From a virus, in IMG/VR virus record IMGVR_UViG_3300045988_077137: 64,000 nt of DNA; one strand, 5' to 3'. The first letter of the stretch is position 1; every line of letters starts with the position of its first letter. The notes beneath the pieces are model-generated. The model was not told the DNA's origin and did not search any database. It saw only the letters and a program-made list of their open reading frames with translations. This document shows, piece by piece, positions 35,011 through 44,097 of the stretch. The translations under genes were made by a program, and so were the position numbers.

Positions 35011-35496
35011 ATGATTAAGACTGGTTTAACTGAAGAGGAACTCGAACGTAGTGCCCTCTTGCTGAATGGTTTACTTGCTGACCACTTCACGCTTATGCTG
35101 AAGACTTGGCAGTTTCATTGGAATGTCGTAGGAGACTCGTTTGGTTCCTATCACGAGGCTATGCTGAAACTCTACGAAGAAGAAATTGAACGTGTTGATG
35201 ATGTTGCTGAACGTGTCCGTGCTCTTGGCAAACGTCCGCTGGGTTCTATGGAAGCAATGTTACAGAACAACCACATCAAGGAATTCGGTATGAGCGAAGC
35301 TGTTCCACAGGCTCTTGACATGTGGAAAATCATTCGTGACGACTGGGATAAGTTGATACGCTCTATCAGAGACATTCACAAACAAATCCCCGAGAATGAC
35401 CTTGCTACTCTTAACTTCCTTGAGGACATGATTGAAAGCATGGAAAAGGAAGCGTGGATAGTGCGTTCTTACAATGTTACTCCGACAGGTATTTAG
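35011..35496 (+). CDS. dps: Dps-family ferritin-like DNA-protection protein
   Basis: 161 aa. LNGLLADHFTLMLKTWQFHWNVVGDSFGSYHEAMLKLYEEEIERVDDVAERVRALG is a Dps signature. Confidence 0.85.
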   Translation: MIKTGLTEEELERSALLLNGLLADHFTLMLKTWQFHWNVVGDSFGSYHEAMLKLYEEEIERVDDVAERVRALGKRPLGSMEAMLQNNHIKEFGMSEAVPQALDMWKIIRDDWDKLIRSIRDIHKQIPENDLATLNFLEDMIESMEKEAWIVRSYNVTPTGI

Positions 35497-35522
35497 AAGC
35501 CTGTACACAGGTAAACAAAACA

Positions 35523-35544
35523 GGGTGAGTCTTTCGGCTCACCC
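35523..35544. terminator. Bidirectional hairpin terminator
   Basis: GGGTGAG..TTTC..CTCACCC followed by TTTCTTTTT, between the convergent dps and P3. Confidence 0.65.
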
Positions 35545-35551
35545 TTTCTTT

Positions 35552-36099
35552 TTACGAATATCGAACTGTTCCTGATACTCTCAATGTATCTCCCGGAGAT
35601 ATTGTTATAGTTGAAAATCTAACTTCTTGCTGAAAAGTGAATGTTCCCTTGACTAAAGTTTGTCCATTTAGCGTGATGTCAATACTTTCATTCTTTCCAG
35701 ATGAAATAATTAGGTTGCATTTGTTTGTCGTGAACGTCCGACTCCCTGTCCATTGAACTTCCCCAGATATCTGTTCAGTATTTTTCTCGCCTGAATTCAT
35801 TGGATACAGCCTTTCACACAAACTGATATATTCGCTTTCGTTGTTTGTATTTATCAGCCTTAAATAAAGTCTTGACGTTACCTGTTCATAAAGCAAATTG
35901 TTAAACTGAATAGAACCTGTTTTAGACGCTGTAAAACGTCCTTGAGCCTGACTAACTTCAATGGTTCTTGTCATCCCCCCCCCCCCGAAATGGTTATCGT
36001 GGTAGAGCGAGCATCACCATAATTGGCTCCTGCCTGAACGGTCACTTCCTGTGACCTCCCCCCAGAGTCTGGGGTGATTGTCAAAAAGTCTTTTTGCAT
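35552..36099 (-). CDS. BACON-like family paralog P3, reading frame broken at a G12 run
   Basis: ATG at 36099 opens MQKDFLTITPDSGGRSQEVTVQAGANYGDARSTTITIS, followed by G12. As written the frame reads GGA TGA. One extra G joins it to the listed ORF MTRTIEVSQAQGRF... (35552-35974). Confidence 0.7.
35975..35986. repeat. C12/G12 homopolymer in P3
   Basis: Counted directly. A further in-frame G6 lies at 36058-36063. Confidence 0.95.
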
Positions 36100-36129
36100 A
36101 ATCTTTGAAATTAAATTGTTAAACGAAAT

Positions 36130-36471
36130 TTATTTATGATTGCTTCGAAGCCTTATGTATTTCCACCACGCATAGTGTTTACGGGTCTTGAGATAGTCAG
36201 GGTTCTCATCATTATTGTGAGCCTCTTCCTCAAGACTGATATCGTGATATGCGCAGTTCTGTTTCTTGTGGAACAGCCTGATGAGTAGGTACTCAACCCC
36301 ATACCACAGGTAGAAGAACACCCAGAGCATCTCCTTCATTTGAGCCGTGTGTATCGACTCGTGCGTGATTGTTGACTCCGGTAACTGTTTACGCTTGGTA
36401 AACAGTATTCCGAAGAAGTTCAACGTATGATAATTCCCAAACGGGAACCATGTGTTATAAACTATTTTCAT
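36130..36471 (-). CDS. Hydrophobic protein with an HExxH motif
   Basis: 113 aa. THESIHTAQ suggests a possible Zn-peptidase-like site, followed by a hydrophobic stretch. Confidence 0.35.
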   Translation of the reverse strand: MKIVYNTWFPFGNYHTLNFFGILFTKRKQLPESTITHESIHTAQMKEMLWVFFYLWYGVEYLLIRLFHKKQNCAYHDISLEEEAHNNDENPDYLKTRKHYAWWKYIRLRSNHK

Positions 36472-37943
36472 TCTTGATTTCTTTTCTTCTTTGCTTCGCG
36501 ACGTGCTTTCCGTCTTTCACGTCTCGCTGCGGCTTCTGCTTCCGCTTTGTTTACATTTACCTCACCCTCTTCTTTTTGTGCCTTGTGACGAGCAATAGAC
36601 TCTCCTATCGCACCCTTTACACGCATATTCTTCTTCTGCTTGTAATGCTTGTTAAGATTGTAGTCTATTTCAAACTCACCTTTCGGCTCTTCGGGTTCAT
36701 CTGGTTCCGGAGCCAGTACCACGCCATTCTCCTTGAGGCTCATATCCTTGTCGTCAGGTGTAACAGGGTTGGCACGGTTGTCTTCCTGTGCCTTCGCTGC
36801 CTTCATTGACTTCAATCGTAGGAGCATATTCTTACGAGTTGTTTCGGCTGTGGTTTGCTTCTCAGGTTCCTTCTCATCAATGATTTCCGTGATAGGGGTA
36901 AACTCCTGAACGAACTCTTTAGAGGAACGCTCTATCTGGTCCCAGTCGTATTGTTTAATCAGTGCTGACGGCAACTGTACCTGTTCACCGTCCATCAAGT
37001 TTCCATTGAACCCGTTGAACTTCGCATACCATGAAGACGCCAACTGTGATATCAACACGGTTGGATTCAACCCTACCTTTGCAGCCGTCAAACCCACTAC
37101 CAACGCATTGATAGACATCTGCTTCATGACCGTCATTACGTTGGTCTCAGCGTGAAGTGTGGCGTTGATATCAATACGACCATCAACGGTCATCTTGATT
37201 TCGTTCCCCTTAACTTCCTTTCGAGCCTGTTCAATGATACGGAGTATGAGGTTACAGTAATCGACGTTACTTCCCCCTGCTGCCCTGTTCTTGATTTCAA
37301 CCTCTACCAACATTTGATTAAGGACTTCAAGACGACCTGTTTCTGTTGCTATACGAAAGTCCTTATTCTGTAACACGTACTCGGCTCGACGTCTGGTAAT
37401 CAAGTCTCGGTTCTCAACATAGAACTTCTTCAGTTCTTCCTCCGGAACCTTAATCTTGTATTCCTTCGCCATAACCTTGGCGACATCGGTAACGGTATAA
37501 AACTTCCCAAAGAGTTCCATTATCGTGCCTGTATAGTCGACAATGTTACGAGGCTTCCGGGAACGGACTCCCATGGCTTTATTCAGTTCCAACACGGCTC
37601 GTTGGTAGGCTCGGTCTAACTGTAAGTATTGAAGACGCTTGGCGTTGGCTGAACGAACAGCCGTAATGTCCCCACCGTGCGTCTTGACAACTGCCCCCAC
37701 ATTCACCGTCTGCTGGAAGTCTATATTGATTGTTTTCTCTTCCTCTGTACCCTCGTTTAGCACGAGGTCGAAATATCTTTTAGGAGACAGGTCTCGTTCC
37801 TCTTTTGCCCATTCAGCAGCGACAAACAAGTCCTTCACCTCGTCCGATGCTTCCGTAATGTAATCAGGAGCCGTTCTCATAATACGGTCAACGTCGGCTT
37901 CCGTAATTACACGTTTCGGGATGGGTTGTTTCTTTTCTGCCAT
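36468..37943 (-). CDS. Hypothetical protein with a basic C-terminal tail
   Basis: About 491 aa from ATG 37943 (MAEKKQP). The listed upstream start at 37982 lies in the hairpin GTGGC...GCCAC. Confidence 0.55.
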   Translation of the reverse strand: MAEKKQPIPKRVITEADVDRIMRTAPDYITEASDEVKDLFVAAEWAKEERDLSPKRYFDLVLNEGTEEEKTINIDFQQTVNVGAVVKTHGGDITAVRSANAKRLQYLQLDRAYQRAVLELNKAMGVRSRKPRNIVDYTGTIMELFGKFYTVTDVAKVMAKEYKIKVPEEELKKFYVENRDLITRRRAEYVLQNKDFRIATETGRLEVLNQMLVEVEIKNRAAGGSNVDYCNLILRIIEQARKEVKGNEIKMTVDGRIDINATLHAETNVMTVMKQMSINALVVGLTAAKVGLNPTVLISQLASSWYAKFNGFNGNLMDGEQVQLPSALIKQYDWDQIERSSKEFVQEFTPITEIIDEKEPEKQTTAETTRKNMLLRLKSMKAAKAQEDNRANPVTPDDKDMSLKENGVVLAPEPDEPEEPKGEFEIDYNLNKHYKQKKNMRVKGAIGESIARHKAQKEEGEVNVNKAEAEAAARRERRKARREAKKKRNQE

Positions 37944-38001
37944 TATCTTCCTAAATATGAAAGTGGCTGGGTGCCCCGCCACTCTTGATTGTTACTGAAT
38001 G

Positions 38002-38526
38002 TTACTTCTTTTTCGACTTCGCTGCCTTAGCAGGAGTCTTCGGTTGTTCCTCTTCCTTAGGAGCCTCTGCTTTTGGTTTCGCTGGTTCTTTCTTCGGAGC
38101 GGTCATTACGACAACCCCTGTGAACTTGGTTTTCGTAGCGGAAACAGTTTCAGAAGACGGTGCTTCTTCATCGCCCACACCATTACCAACCTCAATAGCA
38201 GCCTCAGGACTTTCAGCACGAACCAAAATGAAGAACGGTTCTTTCACCACTTTACCCTTGTCGTTCTCGCTGAGAAGTTCAATCTTAACTTTGTAGAACG
38301 GGTCTTCATCAGCACAGCCGTCTGTCTTTTCAACACGCTGTATCTTTGACGGTTGAATCTTAGGAATAGAGAAGTCCTCTCCCTTGAATTGTTTGTTCAT
38401 GAACTCCGTCACACGAGCCTCGGCTTCGGTGTAACTTTCAACTTGGAACAACCACAGTTCCTTGACGGTCTTATACGCATTGCGCTCGGTGACTGTCAAC
38501 CGTTTTGTTCTTACTTCGAAAAACAT
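38002..38526 (-). CDS. DUF4494-like protein with a Lys/Pro/Ala-rich tail
   Basis: 174 aa. The N-terminus FFEVRTKRLTVTERNAYKTVKELWLFQVESYTEAEARVTEFM resembles Bacteroidota DUF4494 (from memory). The tail is KKEPAKPKAEAPKEEEQPKTPAKAAKSKKK. Confidence 0.4.
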   Translation of the reverse strand: MFFEVRTKRLTVTERNAYKTVKELWLFQVESYTEAEARVTEFMNKQFKGEDFSIPKIQPSKIQRVEKTDGCADEDPFYKVKIELLSENDKGKVVKEPFFILVRAESPEAAIEVGNGVGDEEAPSSETVSATKTKFTGVVVMTAPKKEPAKPKAEAPKEEEQPKTPAKAAKSKKK

Positions 38527-38545
38527 AATCGTCTCTATTTAATGA

Positions 38546-38770
38546 TTAATAATCGTCATCCTCGTTCTTGTTTCGCGAGAACAGCGTGATGTCTTTAATA
38601 TCAACGTACCACCACTCGGTTCGGGTTGCACATTTGAACCTGTCGGGGAATTCGGCTCGTTTCGGATATGTATCCAGTACGACGCACAAAGTGTTTTCTT
38701 TGAATTGATGACCGCTGTTATTATGGCGGATGCGTACAATGTCCCCTCTTCGGATTTGTTTCTGACTCAT
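38546..38770 (-). CDS. Small hypothetical protein downstream of GroEL
   Basis: 74-aa ORF that does not look like GroES. Confidence 0.45.
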   Translation of the reverse strand: MSQKQIRRGDIVRIRHNNSGHQFKENTLCVVLDTYPKRAEFPDRFKCATRTEWWYVDIKDITLFSRNKNEDDDY

Positions 38771-38775
38771 AGTAT

Positions 38776-40395
38776 CTACTTTTTATTTGGTTCATTATTT
38801 GCGGACATAGCACAAGACGTATTCAGGAACTGAATAGCGACTGAAACAGAGTTTTCCAGGGACACTCTTGACACTTTCGCAGGGTCAATGATTCCTGCCT
38901 CAAACATATCTTCTATCTTCTCAGTAACAGGGTTGAAGCCTTTCCACCACATCGGGTCGTCGTTGTTTGTCAGGTCAACTTCAATACGGGTTGCGTTCAC
39001 AGCAGCATTCTCACACAACTGATTGAACGGAGCCATCAACGCTTGAGCAACTACATTCCAACCGATAATGAAGTCAGGATGTTCTTCATGAAGTGAAGGC
39101 ATATTGCGTAGGTGGTCTGACGCTCTCAACTGAACCGTACCGCCTCCGGGAACGTATCCCTCTTCCAACGCTGCCCGAGTTGCGGCAATAGCATCGTCAA
39201 CACGGTCTTTTCTTTCCTTCATCTCTACCTCACTGTCCGCACCTACATAAACGACGGCTGCTCCCCCTGTAAGTTTCGAAATACGTTCACGATACTTCTC
39301 TTGGTCGTAAGAGTTCGTATTCTCCTCCATTAGATGTTTAATAGCCTCTACTCTGGTATTTATATCGGCTTCCGTACCAACGCCTCCTACGAGGATTGTA
39401 CGATTAGTAGAAACGACTGTACGTTCACACTCGCCCAGCCAGTCTGTACCGAGTTGGTCAAGCGGACGTCCAAACTCATCGCCTACCACCTTTGCGCCTA
39501 CCTTAACAGCCAAGTCCTCTATCATGTCCTTCTGGATTTGACCATATCCGGGAGCCTTTACGAAACAGGCTTTCAACCCGTTCTGCTGCTGAATGTTTGT
39601 CACGAGGAACTTGATAACGTCATTAGACGCATTAGGAGCAACGATAAGAACGCTGCGTTTCGCTGAATAAACTGTCTGAATGATAGGAAGGATTTCCTGG
39701 GGATAGTTGATGTTCTGTCCGAAGATGAGAATATACGGCTTATCAAGCACGCATTCCATACGCTCTGGGTCTGTAACGAAGTACGGGTTCACCAAGCCTT
39801 TCTCCCACTGAAAACCTGTGGTCACTTCGACTGTGGTTTCATTTCCCTTGCTGCTTTCCTCAACCGTAATCACTCCGTCGTTTCCTACCTTTCCGATAGC
39901 CTCCGAAATGATACAACCAACCTCCACATCACCGTTTGCGCTGATAGTGGCAATCTGATTTACACGGTCGAACTCGGTCTCACCAATTTCCTTCGCCATC
40001 GCTTTAATGAACGAAACGGCTTCCGAACGAGCAGCCTCCATTCCTTCTTTGAAACGCTGTGGATTCTTGACATTAGGAAGAACATTCATTCCCTCTTTGA
40101 TGAGCGCACGGGTGAGGATTGTGGCTGTGGTCGTACCGTCACCAGCCTCGTCACAGGTCTTTGCCGCAACGGTCTTAACAAGCGTTGCTCCCATACGTTT
40201 CATTGGGTCGTCGGTATCGTACGCACGGGCAACTGTTACACCATCTTTCGTGATGTGAGGAATGCCATACCCTTTGTCAATGATTACTGAATGTCCCTTC
40301 GGACCGAGAGTAGAAGATACTGCATTAGCGAGTTCATCAATTCCTTCGAAAAGAGCCTCTTGAGCAGATTTGTTGAATAAAATCTTTACATTCAT
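38776..40395 (-). CDS. groL: Chaperonin GroEL (Cpn60)
   Basis: 539 aa. LGPKGHSVIIDK, AKTCDEAGDGTTTATILTRAL and VGADSEVEMKERKDRVDDA are classic Cpn60 motifs. Confidence 0.95.
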   Translation of the reverse strand: MNVKILFNKSAQEALFEGIDELANAVSSTLGPKGHSVIIDKGYGIPHITKDGVTVARAYDTDDPMKRMGATLVKTVAAKTCDEAGDGTTTATILTRALIKEGMNVLPNVKNPQRFKEGMEAARSEAVSFIKAMAKEIGETEFDRVNQIATISANGDVEVGCIISEAIGKVGNDGVITVEESSKGNETTVEVTTGFQWEKGLVNPYFVTDPERMECVLDKPYILIFGQNINYPQEILPIIQTVYSAKRSVLIVAPNASNDVIKFLVTNIQQQNGLKACFVKAPGYGQIQKDMIEDLAVKVGAKVVGDEFGRPLDQLGTDWLGECERTVVSTNRTILVGGVGTEADINTRVEAIKHLMEENTNSYDQEKYRERISKLTGGAAVVYVGADSEVEMKERKDRVDDAIAATRAALEEGYVPGGGTVQLRASDHLRNMPSLHEEHPDFIIGWNVVAQALMAPFNQLCENAAVNATRIEVDLTNNDDPMWWKGFNPVTEKIEDMFEAGIIDPAKVSRVSLENSVSVAIQFLNTSCAMSANNEPNKK

Positions 40396-40414
40396 ATTTA
40401 TTACACTTAATCGA

Positions 40415-40463
40415 TTTTTATTTAAAAACGCCCAGTCCCGGAGTCAGGTTCCGAAGACTGGGC
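40415..40463 (-). terminator. Intrinsic terminator after the GIY-YIG gene
   Basis: GCCCAGTC-18 nt-GACTGGGC, followed on the minus strand by GTTTTTAAATAAAAAT. Confidence 0.6.
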
Positions 40464-40474
40464 AATTTCTTGAT

Positions 40475-41266
40475 TTATTTCTTCGTATGCCTCGCTTTTA
40501 TATGTTTATTTATCATGTTCCAACAAATTAACTTTCCGCAAACAGGGCACACTTCTTTCCTTTCGACTTTCTTCCCCTTGTTCCAAGCAGCGATTCCTTT
40601 GCGGTTTTCAGAAACTTTCTTCTTCTGTTCATCAGACATCGGAACCCCTTTGTTCCATGATTCTTGTCCTTTCTTAAATTGAGTCGTTTTAATACGTTCT
40701 TTTGTTTCAATAGGAAGTTTATCCATGCCCTGTTTTGTTCTTTCAATATGTTCTAAACACTCTTCCTCAGTCATTTCTTCATATCGCTTTTTCTGAAGTT
40801 CTGACATTCGTTTTCTATTTTCAGGCTTTCTGGCTTCTTCGTGGGCACGACGGGTTCTATTAATCTTTTCTTCAGGATGTCTTTCGTACAAATCCTTCAT
40901 CATTTCTTTCATGAGGTTTCTAATAACCTTAGATTTATGTACCCCAGCAACACCATCGCCACCTTCCGTTAAATTATACCCATTTAAATAGGTATCGAAA
41001 TGAGAAATCCAAAACCGTTCTCGATTAAAAAGCCATTTAGCCAGTCTATCCCGATTTGAATACTGTTTACTTTCTAAAACTTCTATTTTAAAAGCATCTT
41101 CACCATATTTATAAATATCTTCATGAAGACCAGTTCCTTTCGTTTTAGACTGTGCTAAATGCTTTTTCCATCTATTCAGATACCCTCTAATAGTTATTCC
41201 AACATATTGTTTCCCTGTAATTAAACAGGTTATAAGATAAACTTCTCCTAAAACTTTTTCTTTCAT
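40475..41266 (-). CDS. Free-standing GIY-YIG homing endonuclease (I-TevI-like, NUMOD3 repeats)
   Basis: 263 aa. EVYLITCLITGKQYVGIT...RWKKH...GYNLTEGGDG, plus a C-terminal SWNKGVPMSDEQKKKVSENRKGIAAWNKGKK. TATATTTG box at 41293-41300. Confidence 0.85.
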   Translation of the reverse strand: MKEKVLGEVYLITCLITGKQYVGITIRGYLNRWKKHLAQSKTKGTGLHEDIYKYGEDAFKIEVLESKQYSNRDRLAKWLFNRERFWISHFDTYLNGYNLTEGGDGVAGVHKSKVIRNLMKEMMKDLYERHPEEKINRTRRAHEEARKPENRKRMSELQKKRYEEMTEEECLEHIERTKQGMDKLPIETKERIKTTQFKKGQESWNKGVPMSDEQKKKVSENRKGIAAWNKGKKVERKEVCPVCGKLICWNMINKHIKARHTKK

Positions 41267-41306
41267 ATTCGCACCATTTTAATTGATGGATACAAATATA
41301 ACGTAT

Positions 41307-43655
41307 TTACTTTTTCAATCCTCTCATCTCCTCCAAGGAACACGTACCTCCGGCACAGGCTGTCGCAATTTCACTGCCAGCCTGTTTAAGCGGTTCTTCC
41401 CATACGATGTTGTCGTAGGAAACAGGCTTCATTCGACAGATGGCTTGCCACTTGTGGTATGCGTTTACGTGCTTCAAACAGTACGATGTCTTCTGACGGT
41501 CGCTTTCCATATACTTGTCGGCAAATGAATTGAAGCGACGCACCCAATCCAACCGTCTTTCAACACGTCGTTTCAGGTAGTCAATGACACAGTTCACGTC
41601 TGAGAAACAGATACCGTCAATGTCAACAAGGAAACGTCCGTCCTTAATATTCTCAACAACGAAGTCGGCTATCTGTTTGTCGTTGATTGTAAGCAACTGT
41701 GGAGCCAACCCCATCGCTGCGTTACAGGCTTCCCAAACATCTTTGAACACGTCATTCGCATCAACGATAAGACCGCTCGACAGAATTGCTCCTGCTCCGT
41801 AGCGTTCCGCCAACTCAACCTCGTCAAGAACTTCGGTGTACGGTGCTTGAGGATAGTCCAAATCACCGAATGATGATAACAGGCTGATACCACCAAACTG
41901 GTCACGATGTTCCCACAGGAACTCCCGTACTTCATCCCATTCATCTGGGCGAACTGTACAGGTATTTGACACGTTCATTCGAAGTTTCGGATTGTCAAGT
42001 GTAGAAGGATGAGTCAGGTTCGTACCGTACTCAATCCAGTTCTGTTTCGTTAAGAGAACATATTTCAGGAATTCGATTGCTGTCAGGTTCTGTTTCAACA
42101 ACGCTCCTTCGGGAAGTGTAACAGGGAAGGCGATAACCTTTTCACGGTCAGGAGCCCAAACGCTCGCTTCTACCATATCCGGATTGACACGTTCCCACTC
42201 TTGAACAGCCTGTTCAGTATCCGCAGCCTGAATGTGACGAATGTAGTGACGAGCGTGTCCGGCAGTTATTCCTGACAAGGTTCCAAGGAGTTGTGAACTG
42301 TTCCCAGACGGCTTCACAACTGTACACCGTGCAGCCTCGTTGATACCTATCATTCGTGCAATCTTCTTGTTGGTCTCTACAACGATTTGAGCACCACGCT
42401 TCTGTACTTCTGGGTCGAACAGGATAGCAGGGTTCTCACAGAGACCCGTAATGCCCACACCAATAAGAGCGTCCCGCTCCGCTATCAACTGTGACCATTT
42501 CTCAAGCACACGGAAATTCGTGTAACCAGCCTGCAACGTACAGATAGTAGAGGCTGCTTCACAGGCAGCATAGAAATCCTCAACTGTCTTTACCTTACCA
42601 CCATTGATTTCCGCAAGATTACAGAATCCCCAACCCGTATGATAATCACCGTTCTCGTCTTTGATTTGCGGGAACATACCTACCTCTCCACAGGGGTTGA
42701 ATACAAACCACGGAGAGTCGATGAATACAAATCCTGGCTCCCCATACAACTTGGTATTCTCGTAAATACTGTCAAACACTTCCTTCGGTGTATCAGGTAG
42801 GATGGCTGCTGAATTGTTACTCCGGCACAGTTCCGGCATCGTTGCTATCCAGTTACCTGTTTTGCACGCAGCCATTTCAGCATCGTCAGCGTCAAAGATA
42901 CTTATCATCGCTGAACGACGCACACCCCCTGTCACCACGCTGTTCGCACAGATACAGATTAGATAGTGGAGTTCAAACGGTCTCAATTTCCGTCCTTTGA
43001 TACGGGTAATGATGTGGTGACACTTCTCTATCGCCTGACGCAACGGTTCGGGTCCAGGAGCCTTAAATCCCCCTCTGATGTATGCACCTTTCGGGCGGAT
43101 TGCTGAATAGTCAAACTCGATGTCCGCACCACCATAATAGTAAGCGGTCATCATCTTACCAACAGCCTCTGCCCATCCCTCAATCGTATCAGGTATCACG
43201 AATTTCTCAGCCTGTTTTGAATTATCAAATCCTTTGGGTACAGGAAGTCTATCCGTGTGAACGTGCTGAACGCTGTAACCTGTCCCAGCACCACAGAGTA
43301 ACAGATACATGATTTCCTCGAATACCCGTACACGGTCAACGTAGGTAGAAGAACAGTTATAGAAGCGAGCGTGCTTCTCTAACATCAATTCTCCACCATA
43401 CTGTAACGCACGCTGGGCTCCCAATACACGTTGCTCGGAATACAGGCTGTATGCGTGAGCAAACATCTTACTGAACTCAGCCTCGTCTTCAGGCTTCACC
43501 ATACCGGAATAGCGTTTCAAGTGCATATCCATTACTCTGTTCACGGCTTCCTGCCATGTTTCCTTTTTCCCATCATGGGTTTGGGAATACTTGCTCAAAA
43601 ACACGTACTCCCCGACCACTGGTCGACTGTCCTTTTCAATCATGTTTCTCTTCAA
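41307..43655 (-). CDS. nrdJ: Ribonucleotide reductase, probably class II (B12-dependent)
   Basis: 782 aa. Active-site FNPCGEV, plus LLCGAGTGYSV and a C-terminal CAGGTC redox pair. No NrdB-like gene lies nearby. The class assignment is an inference. Confidence 0.7.
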   Translation of the reverse strand: MKRNMIEKDSRPVVGEYVFLSKYSQTHDGKKETWQEAVNRVMDMHLKRYSGMVKPEDEAEFSKMFAHAYSLYSEQRVLGAQRALQYGGELMLEKHARFYNCSSTYVDRVRVFEEIMYLLLCGAGTGYSVQHVHTDRLPVPKGFDNSKQAEKFVIPDTIEGWAEAVGKMMTAYYYGGADIEFDYSAIRPKGAYIRGGFKAPGPEPLRQAIEKCHHIITRIKGRKLRPFELHYLICICANSVVTGGVRRSAMISIFDADDAEMAACKTGNWIATMPELCRSNNSAAILPDTPKEVFDSIYENTKLYGEPGFVFIDSPWFVFNPCGEVGMFPQIKDENGDYHTGWGFCNLAEINGGKVKTVEDFYAACEAASTICTLQAGYTNFRVLEKWSQLIAERDALIGVGITGLCENPAILFDPEVQKRGAQIVVETNKKIARMIGINEAARCTVVKPSGNSSQLLGTLSGITAGHARHYIRHIQAADTEQAVQEWERVNPDMVEASVWAPDREKVIAFPVTLPEGALLKQNLTAIEFLKYVLLTKQNWIEYGTNLTHPSTLDNPKLRMNVSNTCTVRPDEWDEVREFLWEHRDQFGGISLLSSFGDLDYPQAPYTEVLDEVELAERYGAGAILSSGLIVDANDVFKDVWEACNAAMGLAPQLLTINDKQIADFVVENIKDGRFLVDIDGICFSDVNCVIDYLKRRVERRLDWVRRFNSFADKYMESDRQKTSYCLKHVNAYHKWQAICRMKPVSYDNIVWEEPLKQAGSEIATACAGGTCSLEEMRGLKK

Positions 43656-44085
43656 TTTTCTTGGTTCTCTTTTTACGAACTGTTTTGGGCTTCGGTGCGG
43701 GTTCTTCCTTGCGTTCTGCTATAATGCAGCACGGCATCGACGAACCCAGCGTCAAAGCGAGCACGTCAGGGGTTCCCAACGCTTTGTCTTTCGCTCTGGC
43801 TTCCGAAACAATAGACGCAAATATACTACTTTCTACTTCAAGATACAAGGGTTGAGGTCGGTACGTGTTCTCATTCCCGGATTCCTGCTTCGCCATTTCA
43901 ATGCGAACCCGTTCAGCCTGAAAATGAGTTTCAAGAATTTCTTTCGTAGGTAGAAATCCTGCGAAAGCCTTAATCTTCTTGCACGCCAACAGGCAGACTT
44001 TCACTGACTGTTTACCACCCTCGTACACTTGATGAGGAACCATCAGATACAGGTCGATTGGGGTCTGTTTCTTTACTTCTTCCAT
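43636..44085 (-). CDS. Hypothetical protein
   Basis: 149-aa ORF with a basic tail. Confidence 0.5.
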   Translation of the reverse strand: MEEVKKQTPIDLYLMVPHQVYEGGKQSVKVCLLACKKIKAFAGFLPTKEILETHFQAERVRIEMAKQESGNENTYRPQPLYLEVESSIFASIVSEARAKDKALGTPDVLALTLGSSMPCCIIAERKEEPAPKPKTVRKKRTKKIEEKHD

Positions 44086-44097
44086 AATTCAAATTAT

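Noticed and set aside
14694-36063. Dismissing the poly-G frame breaks outright as sequencing errors
   Set aside because: I did not dismiss them. The tracts are confined to one paralog family, sit exactly on conserved Gly clusters, and are avoided by synonymous codons in the fourth paralog. Still, the uniform -1 offset is what homopolymer under-calling would produce, so the artefact explanation stays open and is listed as the refutation test.
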